A stretch of DNA of 64,000 nucleotides from Lingula anatina (Eukaryota; Animalia; Brachiopoda): contig CM120640.1 of NCBI GenBank assembly GCA_051362555.1, positions 64,334,788 through 64,398,787 on the forward strand. The letters are read 5' to 3'. Below are positions 62,033-64,000 of the stretch, piece by piece; the stretch's first letter is position 1; each line of letters opens with the position of its first letter. A program made the position numbers and the translations under genes. The notes below the pieces were generated by a model, which worked only from the letters and a program-made list of their open reading frames with translations, did no database searches and was not told the origin of the DNA.

Positions 62033-64000
62033 CTTTTCAAAAATTTCCCATTTTAGAAAATTTTGGCCAATTTGACATTAAAATAAAGGTCAAAGGTCAA
62101 ATCCAAGAGCATACTTCAAATCTTTATGTGAATTTTGGTCAGCCATTTTCCCATAATTCTTTTGGTTTGGCAGATATTTAGCATTTAATTTTGCAAATTT
62201 TTGACAATGGTGCACTGTGATAAATGCCACACCTTGACTGGGTCACCAACAAAGCCCAAAATCCACATGGCTCAAGTTGAGATTATATGTGGACCTACAT
62301 ACAAGAGATGGATACAGGGGCTCTTGTAGTTTAGGAGAAGAAGTGTTAACAGTGACGTGGTGGTGGAGCCGAAGGAGCTGGCAAGATGATACCCGTCGGG
62401 ATTTAAACCATGTATACCACCAGCGCGTCACTGGTGGCACAAATAAGATCACTCTACAGCCTTTGTACTCTATAAAACCTTAATAATAAAATACAAAGCC
62501 CTTTGGCTCTTGCACAACAAATCTCTTTAAAGTTTACACATATAAGAGTGGTTTCCCAGTAATGCATATAAACCACTTCTACTCCTTTCTTATATGACTC
62601 CCGTAAAGCTGACATGCCAAGGGATAAACCAAATTAATAAATCAATCAGCCATAAGAGCTTCAAAACTGCACCTTCTTCAAACCTTTGATTGTAAACAGT
62701 GTATGAAATTCAAGGAAATTACTAGCCAGACCGCCGGGCAGGTAACTCTGAAAAGTTACCAGCCCGGCCATGTAGTTACCTGCCCTAGTTATAACCCCTA
62801 GAGTTAAGAGAGGTATGCTGAGGGGGTATAGAATGCATTCTAGAGTAATTTGGAAATGAAAGGGCAATATCATGCCTTATGCGTGGAAATTTAGAAATTG
62901 GTTGGAATTTCTACTGAATGATACCTTGTCAGTATTGGATTTAGAGGGGTCAGGGGGTCCTGACGCCCCCCCCCCTTTCAATTTCTGCAAAAAAATAAAA
63001 ACCTCACCTCTTGAAATAAGACTTTTCACTAGTTGAATCATAGTTCTAAACCATACCAAATGGCACCATTTACCATCTAAAATACCAAAAAATTTCAGGG
63101 CCCTTTAGCGGGCGGGGGAAGGGGGGGGGTAGTCAATTCAGTTTATGTTCACCTTGCAGGCCGTCTCATTTCTTCTTCAATAATTTATTCATAACTTTTA
63201 TTCCGATTTCGTGATATCATTTGATCATAATTTTTGCTTTTCTGTATAGCAACAAATATGACCAAATATATATATTCTTGTCAAATAAATCGATCTCTGT
63301 GCTGACAATAAAGAAGAAAGAATTCAGCACGTAGGGTCCCTTTGAATATCGCTTTTAAGCTTTAAAAAGCGGTCGGGAACAGTCCTGCATGCTAATGGCC
63401 CATAGACAGTCCTGCAGGGCCCCGTATCTCGAAAGCATCGCTTATTGAGAAAAGCTATATCACATAAATTATATGGTCGAGTATGGGCGAGTTATTGGAT
63501 CGAGATGCTTGCGCTCGGTCGCAATGCGTGATACTTTTGAATTACGGTTTTACAAAAAATGTTGCCGCTCGACTCATTGCAAATCGAAGTCACCTTTCCA
63601 TGGGTCCCAGTTTGTTCTCTTTCGTTTGGTTCTGTCGTAATCTTTCTTATTTCTTTCCTCAATTGTTTTTCTTTTGTGAACTTCTCTATCGGACTTGATA
63701 GAATTTTTTTCATTTTTGACAGCCCAAGATGAAAACACGTGGCAAAAGAACTACATCTGACGCACAGCGTAAACTCGTACGTTCACTCATAATTTTGGGA
63801 TTCAAATTTTTTGTAAAATTCTCCTTTAATTTGCCTCCTCCGTTGCCTTTATTACTGTTGATTATAAGCACTTCATGTACCTATAAGTCAATTTAATCAA
63901 TATCATAACTTTTAATACTTTCATATTTTTATTACTCTCAACCTACAAATTGCTACTCGCGGTAACTCCTCTACACAAAACAATGACGTAACGTTATCTG

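Larger units (their letters stand above)
56835..62443 (-). mobile_element. HINE family B, complete copy hosting two A insertions
   Basis: Both termini are present; B sequence resumes (gacaccacctc) after each A copy. Confidence 0.87.

Noticed and set aside
62444-64000. Search for the upstream POLG exon, and ORF 63492-63713
   Set aside because: No POLG-like peptide with splice sites was seen; the ORF is short with no recognisable motif. The region contains MITE-like fragments I could not delimit.

Overview
AT-rich animal (probably marine invertebrate) genomic DNA. The only host gene is the central part of POLG (mitochondrial DNA polymerase gamma catalytic subunit) on the minus strand. Ten exons (1,429 nt, about 476 codons, from the ExoIII motif to polymerase motif A) splice in frame between 56810 and 9152, and the 5' and 3' exons appear to lie outside the window. 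The introns (up to 21 kb) are mostly nested mobile DNA. (i) Three Helentron-derived non-autonomous HINE/DINE-1-type families (called A, B and D here), two carrying 161-bp or 146-bp tandem arrays, all in the same orientation and repeatedly inserted into each other at the same sites. (ii) A very young Gag-only LTR retroelement with apparently identical 425-bp LTRs, PBS, PPT and 4-bp TSD but no pol. (iii) A decayed near-full-length Penelope-like element with an inverted pseudo-LTR and two minimal hammerhead ribozyme motifs. (iv) A BEL/Pao remnant. (v) A 7.3-kb foldback-like unit with ~950-bp inverted arms. (vi) Several MITEs and non-autonomous DNA transposons. All calls were made by eye without database searches; repeat boundaries may be off by a few bases.
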